Positions 61,001 through 64,000 of a stretch of 64,000 nt of DNA are shown one piece after another (positions within the stretch are counted from its first letter, which is position 1; each line of letters starts with the position of its first letter). The stretch covers positions 5,394,001 through 5,458,000 of the forward strand of contig CM102285.1 of the NCBI GenBank assembly GCA_046563655.1, written 5' to 3'. Under the pieces are notes generated by a model. The model made no database searches and was not told where the DNA came from. It worked only from the letters and a program-made list of their open reading frames with translations. Made by a program: the position numbers and the translations under genes. This DNA comes from Yuukianura sp. NJ FZ-2021. Taxonomy: Eukaryota.

Positions 61001-64000
61001 TCCGGCTCTACTATGTGTTCACTAAACAGAGTAGGATGCCCCGGCGGACTGCAATGCTGTGAAATTAAAACTCTGAATGCAAACGAATAGAGCATGTATT
61101 TAAGAAACATGTACCGACTCTAACGCTGAAAATTGAGAAAAAAGGTCTTCGTAGCACTGTAAAATCGAAAATTGTTGGTCTCAGCCTCACTGAAATTCAG
61201 CTGTATGCACTAATTCCGGCTCTACTATGTGTTCACTAAACAGAGTAGGATGCCCCGGCGGACTGCAATGCTGTGAAATTAAAACTCTGAATGCAAACGA
61301 ATAGAGCATGTATTTAAGAAACATGTACCGACTCTAACGCTGAAAATTGAGAAAAAAAGGTCTTCGTAGCACTGTAAAATCGAAAATTGTTGGTCTCAGC
61401 CTCACTGAAATTCAGCTGTATGCACTAATTCCGGCTCTACTATGTGTTCACTAAACAAAGTAGGATGCTCCGGCGGACTGCAATGCTATGAAATTAAAAT
61501 TCTGAATGCAAACGAATAGAGCAAGTATTTAAGAAACATGTACTGACGCTAACGCTGAAAATTGAGAAAAAAAAGGTCTTCGTAGCACTGTAAAATCGAA
61601 AATTGTTGGTCTCAGCCTCACTGAAATTCAGCTGTATGCACTAATTCCGGCTCTACTATATGTTCACTAAACAGAGTAGGATGCTCCGGCGGACTGCAAT
61701 GCTGTGAAATTAAAACTCTGAATGCAAACGAATAGAGCATTTATTTAAGAAACATGTACCGACGCTAACGCTGAAAATTGAGAAAAAAAGGTCTTCGTAG
61801 CACTGTAAAATCGAAAATTGTTGGTCTCAGCCTCACTGAAATTCAGCTGTATGCACTAATTCCGGCTCTACTGTGTTCACTAAACAGAGTAGGATGCTCC
61901 GGCGGACTGCAATGCTGTGAAATTAAAACTCTGAATGCAAACGAATAGAGCATTTATTTAAGAAACATTTAGTGACGCTAACGCTGAAAATTGAGAAAAA
62001 AAGGTCTTCGTAGCACTGTAAAATCGAAAATTGTTGGTCTCAGCCTCACTGAAATTCAGCTGTATGCACTAATTCCGGCTCTACTATGTGTTCACTAAAC
62101 AGAGTAGGATGCCCCGGCGGACTGCAATGCTGTGAAATTAAAACTCTGAATGCAAACGAATAGAGCATGTATTTAAGAAACATGTACCGACTCTAACGCT
62201 GAAAATTGAGAAAAAAAGGTCTTCGTAGCACTGTAAAATCGAAAATTGTTGGTCTCAGCCTCACTGAAATTCAGCTGTATGCACTAATTCCGGCTCTACT
62301 ATGTGTTCACTAAACAGAGTAGGATGCTCTGGCGGACTGCAATGCTGTGAAATTAAAACTCTGAATGCAAACGAATAGAGCATTTATTTAAGAAACATGT
62401 ACCGACGCTAACGCTGAAAATTGAGAAAAAAAGGTCTTCGTAGCACTGTAAAATCGAAAATTGTTGGTCTCAGCCTCACTGAAATTCAGCTGTATGCACT
62501 AATTCCGGCTCTACTATGTGTTCACTAAACAGAGTAGGATGCTCCGGCGGACTGCAATGCTGTGAAATTAAAACTCTGAATGCAAACGAATAGAGCATTT
62601 ATTTAAGAAACATGTACCGACGCTAACGCTGAAAATTGAGAAAAAAAGGTCTTCGTAGCACTGTAAAATCGAAAATTGTTGGTCTCAGCCTCACTGAAAT
62701 TCAGCTGTATGCACTAATTCCGGCTCTACTATGTGTTCACTAAACAAAGTAGGATGCTCCGGCGGACTGCAATGCTATGAAATTAAAATTCTGAATGCAA
62801 ACGAATAGAGCAAGTATTCAAGAAACATGTACTGACGCTAACGCTGAAAATTGAGGAAAAAAGGTCTTCGTAGCACTGTAAAATCGAAAATTGTTGGTCT
62901 CAGCCTCACTGAAATTCAGCTGTATGCACTAATTCCGGCTCTACTATATGTTCACTAAACAGAGTAGGATGCTCCGGCGGACTGCAATGCTGTGAAATTA
63001 AAACTCTGAATGCAAACGAATAGAGCATTTATTTAAGAAACATGTACCGACGCTAACGCTGAAAATTGAGAAAAAAGGTCTTCGTAGCACTGTAAAATCG
63101 AAAATTGTTGGTCTCAGCCTCACTGAAATTCAGCTGTATGCACTAATTCCGGCTCTACTATGTGTTCACTAAACAGAGTAGGATGCTCCGGCGGACTGCA
63201 ATGCTGTGAAATTAAAACTCTGAATGCAAACGAATAGAGCATTTATTTAAGAAACATGTACCGACGCTAACGCTGAAAATTGAGAAAAAAAGGTCTTCGT
63301 AGCACTGTAAAATCGAAAATTGTTGGTCTCAGCCTCACTGAAATTCACCTGTATGCACTAATTCCGGCTCTACTGTGTTCACTAAACAGAGTAGGATGCT
63401 CCGGCGGACTGCAATGCTGTGAAATTAAAACTCTGAATGCAAACGAATAGAGCATTTATTTAAGAAACATTTAGTGACGCTAACGCTGAAAATTGAGAAA
63501 AAAAGGTCTTCGTAGCACTGTAAAATCGAAAATTGTTGGTCTCAGCCTCACTGAAATTCAGCTGTATGCACTAATTCCGGCTCTACTATGTGTTCACTAA
63601 ACAGAGTAGGATGCCCCGGCGGACTGCAATGCTGTGAAATTAAAACTCTGAATGCAAACGAATAGAGCATGTATTTAAGAAACATGTACCGACTCTAACG
63701 CTGAAAATTGAGAAAAAAAGGTCTTCGTAGCACTGTAAAATCGAAAATTGTTGGTCTCAGCCTCACTGAAATTCAGCTGTATGCACTAATTCCGGCTCTA
63801 CTATGTGTTCACTAAACAGAGTAGGATGCTCCGGCGGACTGCAATGCTGTGAAATTAAAACTCTGAATGCAAACGAATAGAGCATTTATTTAAGAAACAT
63901 GTACCGACGCTAACGCTGAAAATTGAGAAAAAAGGTCTTCGTAGCACTGTAAAATCGAAAATTGTTGGTCTCAGCCTCACTGAAATTCAGCTGTATGCAC
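31051..64000. repeat. Large homogeneous satellite array, ~215-bp monomer, ~153 copies in window, running off the 3' end
   Basis: GTGACGCTAACGCT recurs at 31055, 31270 and 31486. Monomer: GACGCTAACGCTGAAAATTGAGA(n)GGTCTTCGTAGCACTGTAAAATCG...GAATAGAGCAT(G/T)TATTTAAGAAACAT. Monomers differ by only a few recurrent SNPs and indels. Confidence 0.99.

Noticed and set aside
31051..64000. Satellite-encoded hammerhead ribozyme, 5S rRNA, tRNA or snRNA tandem array
   Set aside because: I find no CUGANGA...GAAA core on either strand and no recognisable 5S, tRNA or U-snRNA sequence. The ~215-bp period with variable A-runs is non-coding. An Infernal/Rfam scan would be the definitive test.

Overview
Eukaryotic, probably arthropod-like invertebrate genomic DNA (spliceosomal introns, AT-rich). 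A ~24-kb gene island holds a Frizzled-2/FZD5-8-type receptor (-), RPL41 (+), Rab5 (-) and TFIIS (+). It lies between two unrelated satellites: a 3.3-kb array of 231-bp units (3 x 77 bp) at 148-3441, bounded by a 12-bp direct repeat, and a >33-kb array of ~215-bp monomers from 31051 to the window end. The most notable feature is a complete, apparently young 5,724-bp Polinton/Maverick (adintovirus-like) element at 4944-10667. It has AG...CT termini, a perfect 6-bp TSD (TGTGTA) and ~1.48-kb near-identical TIRs. Its 2.8-kb interior carries only a major capsid protein gene and a very basic K/R/S-rich ORF; I see no pPolB, integrase, ATPase or protease. It sits 9 nt from the splice donor of what was a 65-bp Frizzled intron. 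A second, divergent and decayed capsid gene of the same family lies at 29527-30290, just before the large satellite. Several MITE/foldback elements are present. All family assignments come from motif recognition by eye; no database searches were run.
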